Below, piece by piece: positions 1-13,020 of a stretch of 64,000 bases of DNA. How positions within the stretch are numbered: the stretch's first letter is position 1; each line of letters starts with the position of its first letter. The stretch is taken from positions 267,902,001-267,966,000 of the forward strand of contig CM097885.1 of assembly GCA_044892525.1 (NCBI GenBank), written 5' to 3'. Under the pieces are notes generated by a model. The model was given only the letters and a program-made list of their open reading frames with translations. It did not search any database and had not been told where the DNA came from. The DNA is from Schmidtea polychroa (Eukaryota). Made by a program: the position numbers and the translations under genes.

Positions 1-10
1 TTATTATATC

Positions 11-51
11 TCACCTGATGATGACAGAAAAACTGTCGAAATATATCGTGA
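11..51 (+). ncRNA. Minimal type I hammerhead ribozyme (Penelope-associated)
   Basis: TCAC-CTGATGA-T-GACAG(AAAAA)CTGTC-GAAA-TATA-TC^GTGA: catalytic cores CUGAUGA and GAAA, 5-bp stem II, TCAC/GTGA stem I, palindromic mini stem III. Lies upstream of a Penelope GIY-YIG remnant. Confidence 0.8.
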
Positions 52-229
52 AAAGAATATTTGTTTTAATCATATAAAAATTATTTTAATTTTAAAAAAA
101 CACAAAATTGTTAACAGTCTTAAAGAAAATTTTTTTAAAATTAATATAAATGGATGTTGAATACTCATGATCCTTGCGCAGGTTTATCTAAAAGTAATGA
201 TCCTATTTTTGATATTGAAGTTAATATGC

Positions 230-553
230 TTTCAAGTTCAGAAGATGAAAAAATTCAGATCTAAGCACACTGATCACAAATATTTGTTGGGATTTCCTTA
301 TTCTGAAGGTTTCAGAGAATTCAAGCATAAAATCCTTAAACATGTAGATAAGACTAAATTTAGGATTGTTTCAACGTCTTACAAGGTTAGTAGCATGTTT
401 ACTAATAAGTTTCCAACTTCAGTTGGTCTGTCTTCAGAACTCGTGTATCAATTCACATATAATGGGTGTAATGCCACATACAGTGAAGAAACTGCCCGTC
501 AGTTTTGCACTATCTTAAAGTCGAAAATATATTATTCGCACCAAAAGTCTTAA
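230..553 (+). mobile_element. Penelope-like element C-terminal (GIY-YIG) remnant, degenerate
   Basis: FPYSEG...SSELVYQFTYNGCNATYSEETARQF resembles the PLE LPY...VY.f.C..C...YiGeT.R motif; adjacent hammerhead. Confidence 0.65.
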
Positions 554-581
554 ATTATCATTTAATAGCTTAAAATACTAT

Positions 582-603
582 TAATAATAATAATAATAAT
601 AAT

Positions 604-642
<39 letters not shown>

Positions 643-656
643 TATAATAATAATAT
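582..656. repeat. (AAT)n microsatellite
   Basis: Direct AAT/TAA tandem run. Confidence 0.95.
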
Positions 657-993
657 TAGATCCTCAGCATTATTAAATCAAAAAATAAAAACTCCAGGAA
701 ATAAGAACAGTTCTCATAACAAATAGATCATTATCTATGACCCTAAGGTCCTCTAAGTGTCACGACCGAGTGACATGGAATGCAATATGATTATCGTGTC
801 ACTAAATGATTTATTGCTGCCGTTATGCATATTTAAATATCTCAATATTTCTCAAGATACTTCCTCAATCTACTAGTCCCGTTACTAATTGCATTGGCCG
901 GCGTCTGGCAAAAGGACATATCGTTACGATACTCTAATCGCAAGAACAAAACCAAAATTTTCCAACAGAATGCAAATAATAGGAAAATAATTT

Positions 994-1064
<71 letters not shown>
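994..1064. repeat. (AT)n microsatellite
   Basis: Direct AT dinucleotide run. Confidence 0.95.
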
Positions 1065-1071
<7 letters not shown>

Positions 1072-1108
1072 ACATTACAAGTTTTCTGATACCCAGTGCA
1101 AATCCCAG

Positions 1109-1148
1109 TAGTAGACTTGTTTCGAGCATTTGGCTCTCATCAGTACTA
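1109..1148 (-). ncRNA. Minimal type I hammerhead ribozyme
   Basis: Minus strand TAGTA-CTGATGA-GAGC(CAAAT)GCTC-GAAA-CAAG-TC^TACTA: canonical cores, stem II with G-C closing pair, 5-bp stem I. Confidence 0.8.
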
Positions 1149-1159
1149 TGTAGGAGACG

Positions 1160-1235
1160 CGAAGATTCGACTCTACTGCATCCTTTACCTGCTACACTGG
1201 AAATCACATCACTTGCAAATTAGCTAAATCACAGA
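1160..1235 (-). mobile_element. Possible Penelope GIY-YIG remnant
   Basis: Minus strand VI*LICK*CDFQ resembles VIY.i.C..C..QY; lies just upstream of the minus-strand hammerhead. Confidence 0.35.
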
Positions 1236-1358
1236 AAACAAATATCTGCAAACTTGTAAACATGGCGTGTGAAAAATCATATTCGCCTCTGGAGACACCG
1301 TCATACACAGTAACTGTTTACAAGTGCATCCGTAAACATTTAGCATTTTTAACTTGTA

Positions 1359-1445
1359 ATGGAGTAAAATATTTTTTTACGGATGTCTAACATTAAAATA
1401 GTATTATTTTAATGTTAGACATCCGTAAAAAATATTTTATTCCAT
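1359..1445. repeat. Near-perfect inverted repeat (~41-bp arms, 4-nt loop)
   Basis: ...TTTTACGGATGTCTAACATTAAAATA gtat TATTTTAATGTTAGACATCCGTAAAA...; one mismatch and one 1-nt indel. Confidence 0.9.
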
Positions 1446-2484
1446 ATATATATATATATATTAATTTTTTCAATATTAATTTTGATAACTGGTTTTAAAT
1501 TATTTATTTTAATAAATATATGAGTTGCGTTTAAAATTACTTAATTTATCAAATCATTTAATTTTCATCATACATATTCTGTCCATATATCTTGACAAAA
1601 CCAGGGCGGTATAACGTTTCCTAATGGGCTCTTGAAAGAAATTCCATACAAGAAACAATAATTTAATCACTTTCACATAAAAATTTGTCATAAGTAGAAT
1701 CAAAAATCGTTGTTTGAGTTTTACTATATAGATATATTGATATTACACTAGAAAATCTTGTGTTAATATAATTAATTATTATTATAAAGTTATTTATGGA
1801 AATTTTTTCAAAAACAAAAGATAAAAATAATTTATTAAAAAAAATATTTTGACTGGAATGACTCAACGCCTTGTGTGGTTGCACCGTTTGCACCGGGCTA
1901 CGTCCGGCCCTTGACCAATACATCCATTTATGATGGACCGTAATACTTATTTACCACTGTTTATATAAAACTGACACTACTTTTCCAGGTTATGCAGAAT
2001 ACATATAAAAATAACATTGATGATCACCGCATTGGTGAAACGGGTCCTCTGCTATGAAAATAACTGTAACACAGGCATATCTACTGATTTTTGTGAATGG
2101 TATATTAAATAAAAAAACATGTGAAATTAAAGAAGGGAATAATTGATTAAAAAGGTAATTAATCTAATACTATAATATAATAATATAATAATGGTGTGTT
2201 CTAAATGACAAATTCTTTAATAAAAATTCATTATTTACTGACAATTAATTAGAAATGCCTTTCAACAGTTAATGTACAACGCGCGGGAATTTAAACAGAT
2301 TATTTATGACAGATCTGATTAGGGTTTATACAACAACCGACTTCTTCAAAAACCGGGTTTAGATTTCTAAAAAAATAGAATAGCGAAAAATATTTGGTAG
2401 GCCCGAGTTTTGGAAGGACAACATAAATAAAAACATTAGACATAGGAAAATTGATTATTTTACTTATATTTTAAATACCTTACA

Positions 2485-2760
2485 ATGAATATTTTTGAGT
2501 TGACCGAAATTACAATGAATGAAAAGGATACACTCGAATTTATACTAGAAGAGGGGCTGATACGACGTGTAAGTTACTGTGACGTTTGTGGAAGAAACAG
2601 GAATAAATGGGAGATGACGCTGTAGTAGTAGAAGTTGCCGCGCATCAGAATCTATTTTTAAGAATAGTATTTTTGAAGGAAATCACATGCCATTAAGCAA
2701 ATGCCTACTAATCATGTATTTAGGGGCTATGCTACTGCCAATTGCACAGATATCATTGCA
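2485..2760 (+). mobile_element. Merlin (IS1595-like) transposase N-terminal remnant
   Basis: LEFILEEGLIRRVSYCDVCG...CRASESI/KNSIFEGNHMPLSKCLLIMYL matches the Merlin zinc ribbon plus SIFE.s.l.L motif; broken by stops and frameshifts. Confidence 0.55.
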
Positions 2761-4139
2761 CGTACGGCAATGTGATTATGGCTATATACATCGTACCATA
2801 TATGTCATTCAGTTGCCTTAGTCGATTATCTACATCCTCATATTCATACCCAAAGTATTCGTTGCCTCAAATAATGAAAATTCGGTTTTCAGTGTCTTTG
2901 GATTCGCAAGTGTTTCTTCAAGGTCTTCAATAAACTTATGAACTGAAACGTTATTTTTACCATAACATCTTTATATTTTTGTTTCCAGTTTTCACTTTAC
3001 AATATTAGGCGAACCTGCCTAAAATAAGTCGGTTAGACAGGTCTTTTCCACATGCACAGTGAACAATGCACAAAGTCAAGCAATGGTTAACGCAACTCGC
3101 AACGTCGAAAAATGTATCTGCTGCCCGTTGCATAGAATGTATAGAAAATCGAATAACTTAAAATTTAATTTTTACATTAATTTGAATTCTTTCAACCCGG
3201 GTTTCTTAATTTAAAAACCGTCAAACCCTAGACCTGATAAATTGTTTAATCAAAATGATCTGCAAAACCCAGGAAACTCCTAGTTCAGTACTCAGTACAC
3301 TTTATAATAGCGGCAAGTAAGCATGAATTTGTCGCTACCTTGGTACGGACAGACTAGTGATTTACTTCACTATCAAGTTCTAAAATAAACACAAGAGCCA
3401 TTCCCACTTAATAATTAGATGCTTTAGTAGCAGTTTCGAATAGGTGTGAATGAATATCTACTTTGACATAACACTCTACCTTATTTCATTTTTTTATCCT
3501 TGCTTCCCTTAAGCTTCTTAGTGGGCATTAATCACCAAAATTTGTCCCTTTTTAACTAAAACTTAATATATTGTTTAATTTACAGTGAATAAGGCATAAT
3601 TCTAAATAAAATATTTTAAAATTACTATATTCATTATTTATTATTTCTCATGAGTTAATAAAGACTCATAGACTCATAAAAAATATTCAAATTCACTGCC
3701 AGATCCAATAGTGCGAATTTTTTTCGCGGGATCCCTCAAAACTTTAAATAAAAAATCAATTAACAGTTAGAATTTACATTTTGATATATAAATATAAATA
3801 TTTATTTAAAAGCAAATCCAATTATAAAAACAAAAGTCATGATCCAGAAGGTAGACAAATTTCTACATTATCAAATCTGTGTTTCAATATTTCTAGATTT
3901 TTAAATGAATATAACTACATAAATGTTTGCCATCAAAATCTTCTAAAATGTTGATGAATAAATATAACTTGTCTGCCGAAAATATACCTACTAAAAGCAC
4001 AAGCTAAAATGTTATTTAAATGGAGATGACTGTAAAAACGACTTGTTTTAATAGGCACTGGTCTTTTTTTAACTTTTTAAGAACAAAATTTGGATCATGT
4101 AAAAAAAATACCACTGAGTAACAACCACTAACAGCATAG

Positions 4140-5885
4140 AAAATGAATCAACTCACAATGAATCCAACGCTAGCCAACCAGAAACATTGATTGGAGGAGG
4201 ACCTACTCAAACATTGCCAATAGAAAATGAGAATTTCCAAATCCATATTAACAATGAATTTACATTTAGCTGTTCTCTCATCGGATGCCAGACAAAATCA
4301 GATTCCGTAGCAGGAATACAACAACACCTAAAGAGAACTCACAAAACAAACCTGATATATGCCAAATGTGCTCAATGTCCCAATAAAATCCAACAGAATG
4401 AGATCATTGAACACGTAAAATCCCATAAAGAAATAACAAAACAATATAAAGACCAGAAGATGGAGATAACAATCCCAATAACACAAGATACCCCATCTAG
4501 CACCACATGACTATCACAGTCTGCCATTGAAACCCAGATTAGATCACTAACAAATGAGCCTAATAACAAAGATAATATAATATGCTACCTAAACCCGCAA
4601 TGCGCAAATGATCTAATATCCAATAATAAGACTGGCCTATTCAAAAGAATCAAAATCTTGTTGTATGGGCCAAACGATCTGGTTGATACGCTAGAATGGA
4701 CAGTTTACCTAGCCCAAAGGAAAAACAAAATATCCATAATAATGGATCCAGATAGAAAGTAATCAAAAAGAAAATGGACAATATCCTCAACATAACAACA
4801 ACAGAAGAGGATATTGAATTCCAATTATCCAATACATCTATTCCAATACATCTACCTACCCAAAACAAAACAACAACTACGATTGTGGAGTATTTGTAAT
4901 TCAGTACATAAACGACTTCCTGAAGAATCCAGAAAGCCCAATATTTAATGTGCCTACTCCAGATGAAATAAATAAAGAAATAAATATCATCAACGATATG
5001 AAGAAATACAACAAATGCACAACTGAAGAAAAAAATCTTGATATTGAGGAAGCAATAAACAAATTCAGACTCCATCAACTATCAATAAATGAAATTCTGA
5101 ACTGGTTCAAGAATAAATATGAACAAAATTTAAAACCCAAAAGAGCACACAGAACAGAAAACAAAAAAACTAACTCTCTGTTCATATCAGATCCAAAGAC
5201 AATACTCACTAAACTCTATAAAAGAAATAATAAAAGAAATCCATCAAGACTCCAATAAAGTCAAACCTGACACCTACATCAATGGACTCACACCTTACCA
5301 GAATATTACATCCAAAGCCACAAAAAGCCGGAATGGGATTCGTGTAAATTATATCAAATAATGATATAATGATAGCAATCATAAAAAGCAAAGATTCAGC
5401 TCCCGGGGAGGATGGAATACCAATCAGAGCACTACGCTAGATTACTAAGATTAAATGTCAGAAGAGCCCATGATTCCAATATACAATCGAATAATGGATA
5501 CAAAGAAAATTCCTGACTCCTAGAAAACGTACACCACCAAATAAATAATAAAACCATGAAAGAACAATCAATCACAAAATTCTGCTAACTGGAGGCCAAT
5601 AACACTGATGCCTACCAGTTACAGAATCTTCATAAAAATCCTAAAATAAAGAAACTTCCAATGGATCTATGAACACAGGTTGATATCAAAATGACAAAAA
5701 GCAGTCAACATTGCCAATGGATGCGATGAACATAATTATATCATCCAAGTGCAGAACGATAAGGCAAATAGAAAGAGATACAAAGGCCAAAAATGTCACC
5801 TGGTGATCCTAGATCTTTAGGATGCTTTCGGCATTATCCCACATGAGGTGATATGGCACATCCTCCAACAAAAAAATCTAAATAT
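4140..5885 (+). mobile_element. NeSL-like REL non-LTR retrotransposon, copy A (zinc fingers, Ulp1-like protease, RT N-half), degenerate and 3'-truncated
   Basis: C2H2-like fingers (CSLIGC...HLKRTH; CAQC...HVKSH), TGA-CTA at 4508, protease NNNYDCGVFVIQY, RT motifs NWRPI.LMPTSYRIF and DAFG; homologous to 17.8-21.9 kb. Confidence 0.85.
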
Positions 5886-6224
5886 GTGAGGTGCTTTCAG
5901 CTGAGAATTAAATATTTCAATAATTTATTAAAATAATTTTAAATGATAAATAATTGACTATTTAAAATAACTTTTAAAAACATTTTTAAATTGAAATTCT
6001 TAAATTTTTAAATTAGAAGAGCTTTTCAATAGTAAATCATTTTTAAATAAATATATTTTAAATATCGAAATTTTAGTAAATGGTTTTTGAAAATATTTTA
6101 TTCAACGCTGAAAATTTGTTTGGAAATTATACAATATTTCATTAAATAAATACTTGGAATTATGTCGTTATCCTGTGAAGCTGATTTAAAAAAAAATTAG
6201 AAGATGTTTTAGCAGCTTCTAATA

Positions 6225-6475
6225 TGGCGACCACGTCTATGGATTTCTTCATAAAGAATCTATATATATATATATATACATACAGGAGTTGACCAAAATA
6301 TCAAATGTTATATGGATTACGGAAAGCATTCGTCAAGAAAACAACGCTGGCTGAGGATTTACAATCAGCTATGTCCTATAGACAGATAAGTGAGGAGCCC
6401 GAAAAATCTTTTACTATCATAGACGAGTTAGTCAATAAAATATTGGGGCATGAGTTAAACAAAGAAAGTTTAATG
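6225..6475 (+). mobile_element. Gypsy internal remnant: primer-binding site plus gag fragment
   Basis: TGGCGACCACG, identical to the PBS of the Gypsy element at ~52.1 kb, followed by GLRKAFVKKTTLAEDLQSAMSYRQISEE, which resembles that element's gag. Confidence 0.55.
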
Positions 6476-6617
6476 TAATATCTGCTGGTACACTGAGCAG
6501 CCGAGAAGATGAATTATCGTGACATTAATATGATTTCCTTCCGTAAAATTCTTTACTCTGTCATCTTAATTTTTTAAATCTACATTGCTTTTTAATTAAT
6601 TTTTAAATTTTGCTTAG

Positions 6618-7284
6618 ATGGATTGGCCTTATTTCACGATTATCTCAAATCCGAATACAGCGAAGAGAATATAGAATTTTGGATCGCGTGTGAAGAATTC
6701 AAAACTATCACAAATCCAAAGAAAATGGCATCGAGAGCTCAGAAAATTATCAAAGACTTTGTGACTACGCAGGCTCCTAAAGAAGTACAATTTAAATAAT
6801 TGGAAGAATGATTCCATTATAATCCTAGGTGAACATCGATTCAAAAACACGACAAATAACGCTAGAGAGCATCCAACACCCAAATCCAAACATGTTCGAC
6901 ATGGCCCAGAAAAGGATTCAATCTCTAATGGAAATAGATTCTTATCAGCGCTTCTTACGTTCCGAAATGTATCAAGCTTTAATGCAAGACATAAAAAAAG
7001 CAAGTATCCCTGAACCAATTCCAAACTCATTACCTTCTGCAAAACCGTCTAGTAAGATACATTCTGCTCAGAGCAGTGTAGACGTTCCAGACTCAGATAG
7101 CCTACTCTCTTTAAGAGACATTCGTTCTTCGTGTTCTTTCAGAAAGAGTAACAAGTCTGAGTCAACAACGACGACGTCAATTATCAGAATAAGCTCTGTC
7201 AGATCAACAAGATCAGACACAGTGACTGAAGCAAACATTCCTCCGAGTTCGTCCGAGAATTGTCTGAAGCATAGCATTAGATAA
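6618..7284 (+). CDS. Regulator of G-protein signalling (RGS domain) gene, exons 6618-6784 and 6829-7284; 5' part unresolved
   Basis: [28 protein letters not shown]...APKE|VNIDSKTR...[26 protein letters not shown]; 44-nt GT-AG intron 6785-6828. Confidence 0.9.
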
Positions 7285-7844
7285 TGACTAGCGGGAATAC
7301 TATTCCTATTATCAGTTATTATGTACTCGAATTTTGAAGACTTGTTTTCGTTCGAAATCGGTATTGAATTATAAAAGTTAAGTTCGAGTTTAGTTTCATA
7401 ATGATGCTACAGATTAAGTAACCGATAAAGCCACCCCCCCTTATGGGCCCCATTGAGCGCGAGAATGTAAACTGCTGCCAAAACATAAAGGAACCTTTTC
7501 ACTGTCTCGTGAATTATTTCGCAAAATGTTTGAATAATTTCCATATAAAATATATTATGGTGTAATAAACGAATAATAATTTCTCATCAATGACATTACA
7601 ATTACACACCAATTGTTTTGTTTAAATGTATTCAAGTTATTAAATTAGTAACAACATATTATTCCTAATCAAAATTACATATTAATTTTGAACATCATAC
7701 TGTAAAAATTTACTGAAAAATTTTTATATTTTGTTTTAATGAAACGATCATTATCCTATTGTCAGTACCCCGGTGACTAAACTTAGTGACTAACGTTCCT
7801 CAGTAAAATCCTATAACATTATATATTGGCAAATGCGTTATAAT

Positions 7845-7876
<32 letters not shown>

Positions 7877-8626
7877 CAAATATTTTCTCTCTGATGTGAC
7901 AACTGAAAAGCAGCATTCAAATATTTATCAAATCAATAAATACCATCTGATTTCAAGGCTGTTTTATTCAATAATAACAATTTATTAAAAAAATAACTTT
8001 ATTGAATACCACAAATGATTATAGCGATTACAATGGCAATATTTACTCAATGCAACTTAAACGTATTCGAGTGCTTATTACAACTCTTCGAAAGGAATAT
8101 CACTTTTGGGAACACTTAACTTCTGTTAGTGGCTGACACTTTGCACAATCGATCCGGTTGCTTTCCTGCCTTGACTTAGGACTTTAACAATTTCTGCTTG
8201 TTAATTTGATTATCACTAACGTATTGATTTAAGAGTATTGATATTACCCTTTCCACTTCTCTGTGGCTGTTTCATTTTAATTTTTATTAACAATGGTTTT
8301 GTTTTCACTTCTCTTTTCAATTTCTCAATATTCAGTCTTCTTTAATCACCTCTCTAATTCTGCTTCTCCCAATAAATTTTCTTCTGTCTCTTACAATTGG
8401 ACTCTCTCTTTTATACATTTCAATCGAGATTATCTTCTTGTTTTCCAGCATATTCCTTTGGGCATTCCTAATTCCCGCATTATCTCTGACATCTGTCAAG
8501 ATATATCATTTTTTTCATTTCTTCCTTTTTATTTTCCCGACTGTAAATTCTCAAGATAAGGGATTTTCATTCCCAAATTGTTTTGTCTTCATTTTCATTT
8601 GCACTTATTAATTAAGATCGACCTCG

Positions 8627-10250
8627 TCACGTTTCATTATTCGATTTCATTGATTTTTTTGTTATTTCTTTTTCTTTTTTAAATTTCTTAACTTCAATAG
8701 TTTTTCCCACAATTTCGCGAGTGAATTTTTTACTTCTGACACCAATTATATTGTGGTTTTTTGTTGTGGAAATAGCAGTAATTTTGTTTGGAGATTGACT
8801 GCGGCTATAGTTTTGCCTGGTGTTTTCGTCTGATGATTGGTTGTAGTTTTGTCTTTTACGTTTGTCTGGTGGTTGGTTTGCGTAATAGTTGTGTTTATTG
8901 AGCCCATCTGGTGATTGGTTTATGTTAAAATTTTGTTTGTTGCATATTTCTTTAATTTCGACCAATTCCGCTTTTATTATTTTGTTTTCAACTATAACCT
9001 CATCGAATTTGTTGATTATTCCATTGTTCATTAGTTTATTCGACAGTTCGTTTGGTTCATAGTTTTTGTTGTTTGGGGGTGTGGTTGAAGTTTGTTTTGC
9101 TCTTGTTATAATTTTGGATACTGCATAGTTTGATAAAATTCTTCGTTGATTTTATCCGCTATGTCTGCTAGTGTTTCTACGTCCGTATTACTGCTGGATG
9201 TGAGAATGCGTCTTATTTCTGATGGCATTAATTGCATAAAAAATTCTTTTACTAATTCGTTCGATCCGGAATTTGTGATATTTAGCTGGAGGCACTCCAA
9301 TTTTTGTTTTAGTTGACGGATGAAATCTGTGGGTTTGTTGTCATATCAAAAACCTCAATTAATTTTTTTATAAGATGATTCAATAAGAAAGCCGTACACA
9401 GATATATAAACATACAAATATATAAAATTGTTTTTATTGCTTGTTATTGTTGCGTGTGGTATTTTCTTTACGTATAAGAAGGCATTGTTTACATTTACGA
9501 CAGATTTATAGTAATTTGTGATTGATTACTCATTATGGGCAAATATTTTTTGTCAGTGTTCCGCGTAAAAAAAAATCATATGAATGGTGTTACGCGCTTT
9601 TATATTAATTGAGAACCACTGGGTTATAGTAATAGTTGGTATTTTCCATTATGTGGATTTTTTCGTTGTTGTTGGGTGTATGTGGAATATCTGTTGGGAT
9701 TCTTTGATTTGATGCCATTTGTTTTGTTCTTTTGTAAAAAAAAATTAGTTTGCTTAAGGATATGGCTTACTGTGTTCAGCCTAAAGTGTCATGATTCTTT
9801 ATACCTACATATTAGGTATACTAAAAGAAAAAGTGGTTCAAGTAAAAAAACTTTCACGAGTGTTTTTCTTACTTCTGACACCAATTATATTGTCTTTTTT
9901 GTGATTTTGTCTTTGTGGAGAATCTGTAGAGCCCGACAGATTGTGGCGGGACAGCCCATGTGCGTGTATCTAGGCTAATAAATAATGTACGACAACGATA
10001 ATGATATTTGTCCTATCGGTAAATCTTCAGTTATATATTTCATCTTCTTTATACTCTTCTCGTATTCTGTAGTCAGTAAAAGATAATTTATTTTGTTGGA
10101 AAGGTTTTGTGGATTACAATCAAAGTCGATCTTATTCCAACTTATAGTGTCCTAAATTATCGCCACGGACCTTATCGTAAATCTCGATAACTTTGAGGTC
10201 AGTTCAATGGCTATTAGATAATATAATTTTATATGAAGTTGGAAATTAGT
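8627..10250 (-). mobile_element. LTR-retrotransposon gag-like remnant(s), fragmented
   Basis: DNKPTDFIRQLKQ...LVKEFFMQLMPSEIRRIL...LADIADKI resembles the D.KPS..L...F.Q.LP..vR.iL...LA..ADKI gag motif; short duplicated segment at ~8720 and ~9850. Confidence 0.5.
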
Positions 10251-10760
10251 TTTTTCTAATTACTCTTCGGAATTAGATAATATTCTAATTTAATGAGATC
10301 GGAAATTATTTTTTCCCTGATCATTCTTCGGGATATTTTCGGATTAACTTTCTTCTGAAGTTTCTGTTGTTAGGTATTTTTGATTAGAATTTTTGAAGCT
10401 ATTGATTTTTTTGAAATTTGTAAATCTGTTTAGTAATTATTTACCATAGGGAATTACGCTATATAGTTCTATTTAACCTGTCTACGCAAAAACCACAAAT
10501 TTACCGAAAATAATTATACACTGTAATTCCTATTCAGAATTACTTAATTACCAAAAATATATATGATATAACAGTACACTACCGCTGTTATTCATAATTA
10601 CAATGAGAAACATTCACAAAGAATTCAAACCGAGTCAACTTAACTGGCCTTCGCCCTTTTCAAATGAATATCAAAAAAGAAAATAATTCAAACATTTTAT
10701 GAACATATTTCGATTTGCGATTAACTAAAATAATTGAATTTAGAATGTTATTTATAAATA

Positions 10761-10987
10761 CACTCATACCTCGCTATACGGCTGCTCTTTATACGGCTTT
10801 TCGCTATAACGGCCTACTTTAATTACGGCACTTTTTCGATTTACGGCCTAAAATGTTTCGTTATACGGCCAAAAAGTGTGAAATTTATATGGAATTGTAT
10901 CAAAATGTATTTGATTCGTTATGCGGCGTTTCGCTTTGCGGCCAACTTTCCTGGAACGTATCTAGGCCGTAAAGCGAGGTATGAGTG
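10761..10987. mobile_element. Tc1/mariner (pogo/Tigger-like) MITE, 227 bp
   Basis: TIRs CACTCATACCTCGCT(A/T)TACGGC with 1 mismatch, TA target-site duplication on both sides, internal TACGGC repeats. Confidence 0.9.
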
Positions 10988-11761
10988 TAATGTGTAAAAA
11001 GTTGCTAAATTTTTAATCTTAGTTTGAAAATTTTAAATTCCAGTTTAAATTTTAAAAACAAGAAAATTGTCGGTTTCCTGTGATATATAAAATAATAAAT
11101 TCTTTGGATTTCTACTTTATTGAGCTGCAACATATTAGAATTTTTCTTTAAGTGTTATTCTCATTTTTTTGGATTGATTCCATAATACCTTGGTTCTCAA
11201 AGCGTGTTCCGCGAAAAAAATCAAATGTACAATTCAATTAAAAATCAAATCAATCAACACGTACCATTAGGCTTTGTATGACTAAAAATATCTTTTCGGT
11301 TAAAATTACTTCTTGGAAACATAAAATATTATTGCAGGTATCAAAATTCTGCTTAAGCCGATTGTAGATTAATTGTAGATTCCACAAAGTTTGGAGTCGT
11401 TACGGATGTCGGGCGTATGGGTGTTACTCTACTCTTTCGCTAGGGAGAAACCCTTTCAGTGAATTAGTTGAGAAACCCGCCCGACATCGTAACTACACTT
11501 TAATTGTAGAATAGGCTTTAGACTAAAATCTTTCAACATATAATTTAATTAAAGCTATAAATATATTCGCGTTTTAATGTGACTCATATGCAGTTCAAAT
11601 TTTAGCTCTCTTAATTTGCATTTTTTGAATTAAATAAATTTAGTTAGTCAAATATGTAATTATTTGAAAATAAATAATAACTTAAGATTTAACAATGACT
11701 TCTGAATGTAATAATGTATTCATAATTCGCAGGCAAAACATTTAATTAATGCTGCTACCAA

Positions 11762-11901
11762 NNNNNNNNNNNNNNNNNNNNNNNNNNNNNNNNNNNNNNN
11801 NNNNNNNNNNNNNNNNNNNNNNNNNNNNNNNNNNNNNNNNNNNNNNNNNNNNNNNNNNNNNNNNNNNNNNNNNNNNNNNNNNNNNNNNNNNNNNNNNNNN
11901 N
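11762..11901. other. Assembly gap (140 N)
   Basis: Run of N. Confidence 1.
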
Positions 11902-12059
11902 AACTACCAACAACTCGTTAGTAACAAGCAAGTACCAATATCCAGTTACAAAAAACTAGAAGCCAACAACTAACAATTGTTGGTAACAACTAATAATTGT
12001 TGTAGGTTATCGCTAATCTTATCCCTCATCTTAAAGCTAAATCCAGAATTATATGCTTT

Positions 12060-12250
12060 CTGAATGGAAAGATCAATGATATTGTTGAGCAAAACGGGTG
12101 AAAGCGGGTCGCCGTTTTACCCCTCTGCAAAAGTTGCTTCAATGCTATCACCTGTTGTTGGGGCATTATTAAAACTCTTATTAACATACCTTAATAGCAA
12201 ATCAGGACAACCTGCTAATTTCGATACTGCCATAATTTACAGAATCTAAG
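12060..12250 (-). mobile_element. Non-LTR retrotransposon RT fragment
   Basis: GCPDLLLRYVNKSF...AEG*NGDPLSPVLLNNIID corresponds to the GV.QGDPLSP.LFN motif. Confidence 0.6.
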
Positions 12251-12379
12251 GCATTTTATATCAATGAAAGCTATTGCTATATTACGACAATGAGTTATAG
12301 CATCAACGAGGATACAATCCAGTAGGGTTATATTTTCAAGATAACCGTTAACTGCTTGAATCATTTCTGTGCATCAAAA

Positions 12380-13020
12380 CCCCAGGGGTAACTGCTCACT
12401 CGTACCGCTAGTATTTAGTATCCTAAGGCCCTAGTTAACCAATTTGTTGCAGAAATCTCAAACCTATCTCTCTCCACATTATCAGAGCAACAATACTTAT
12501 GGGGATCTCTTGACGTTTCAAATCTTTATGGTTACATCCCTCTCACTGGAGAATAAAACGTCTTTACAATGGCACATTATTTCTTTGGAAACTTCAAACC
12601 GGAAAAAATTATCGAACTAGCTATAAACTCAGACACTATATTAATTAAAGAAAACCCGTCTAAACAAATTCATGGTTTAGCCATGGGCAAACACCTACCA
12701 CCGATTTCAGCCATTTTTATATGGACCATATAGAATCTAGAATTTGATCATTTTGCAGAAAAAATATTTATATATTGATGACATTTTCATAATTTCCACG
12801 GTACCTCTCAACATCATCTTATCACATGCTAACTCTACAAATACAAATATACAAATCTCATTTTTAGATACCGTGATAACTTCATCTGAAGGCCCAGACA
12901 CAGATTAATTTACTAAAAGTCTACACAGTGGACACATTCGTCTTTGGGAAATTCATGTTCCACTTCAACAAAAAATCGCTCTATTATTAGGAGAAAAAGA
13001 GCAGTAAGAGTTGCCCCTCA
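12380..13020 (+). mobile_element. Penelope-like reverse transcriptase remnant
   Basis: SLDVSNLYGYIPL, KQIHGLAMG, YIDDIFII and ISFLDTVI in PLE order, with frameshifts. Confidence 0.75.

Noticed and set aside
894-1223. ORFs with YI/IY runs
   Set aside because: Artefacts of the (AT)n microsatellite.
11399-11493. Small inverted-repeat element (GTTACG(G)ATGTCGGGCG)
   Set aside because: Real 16-bp inverted repeat, but no adjacent TSD or second copy, so it cannot be classified.
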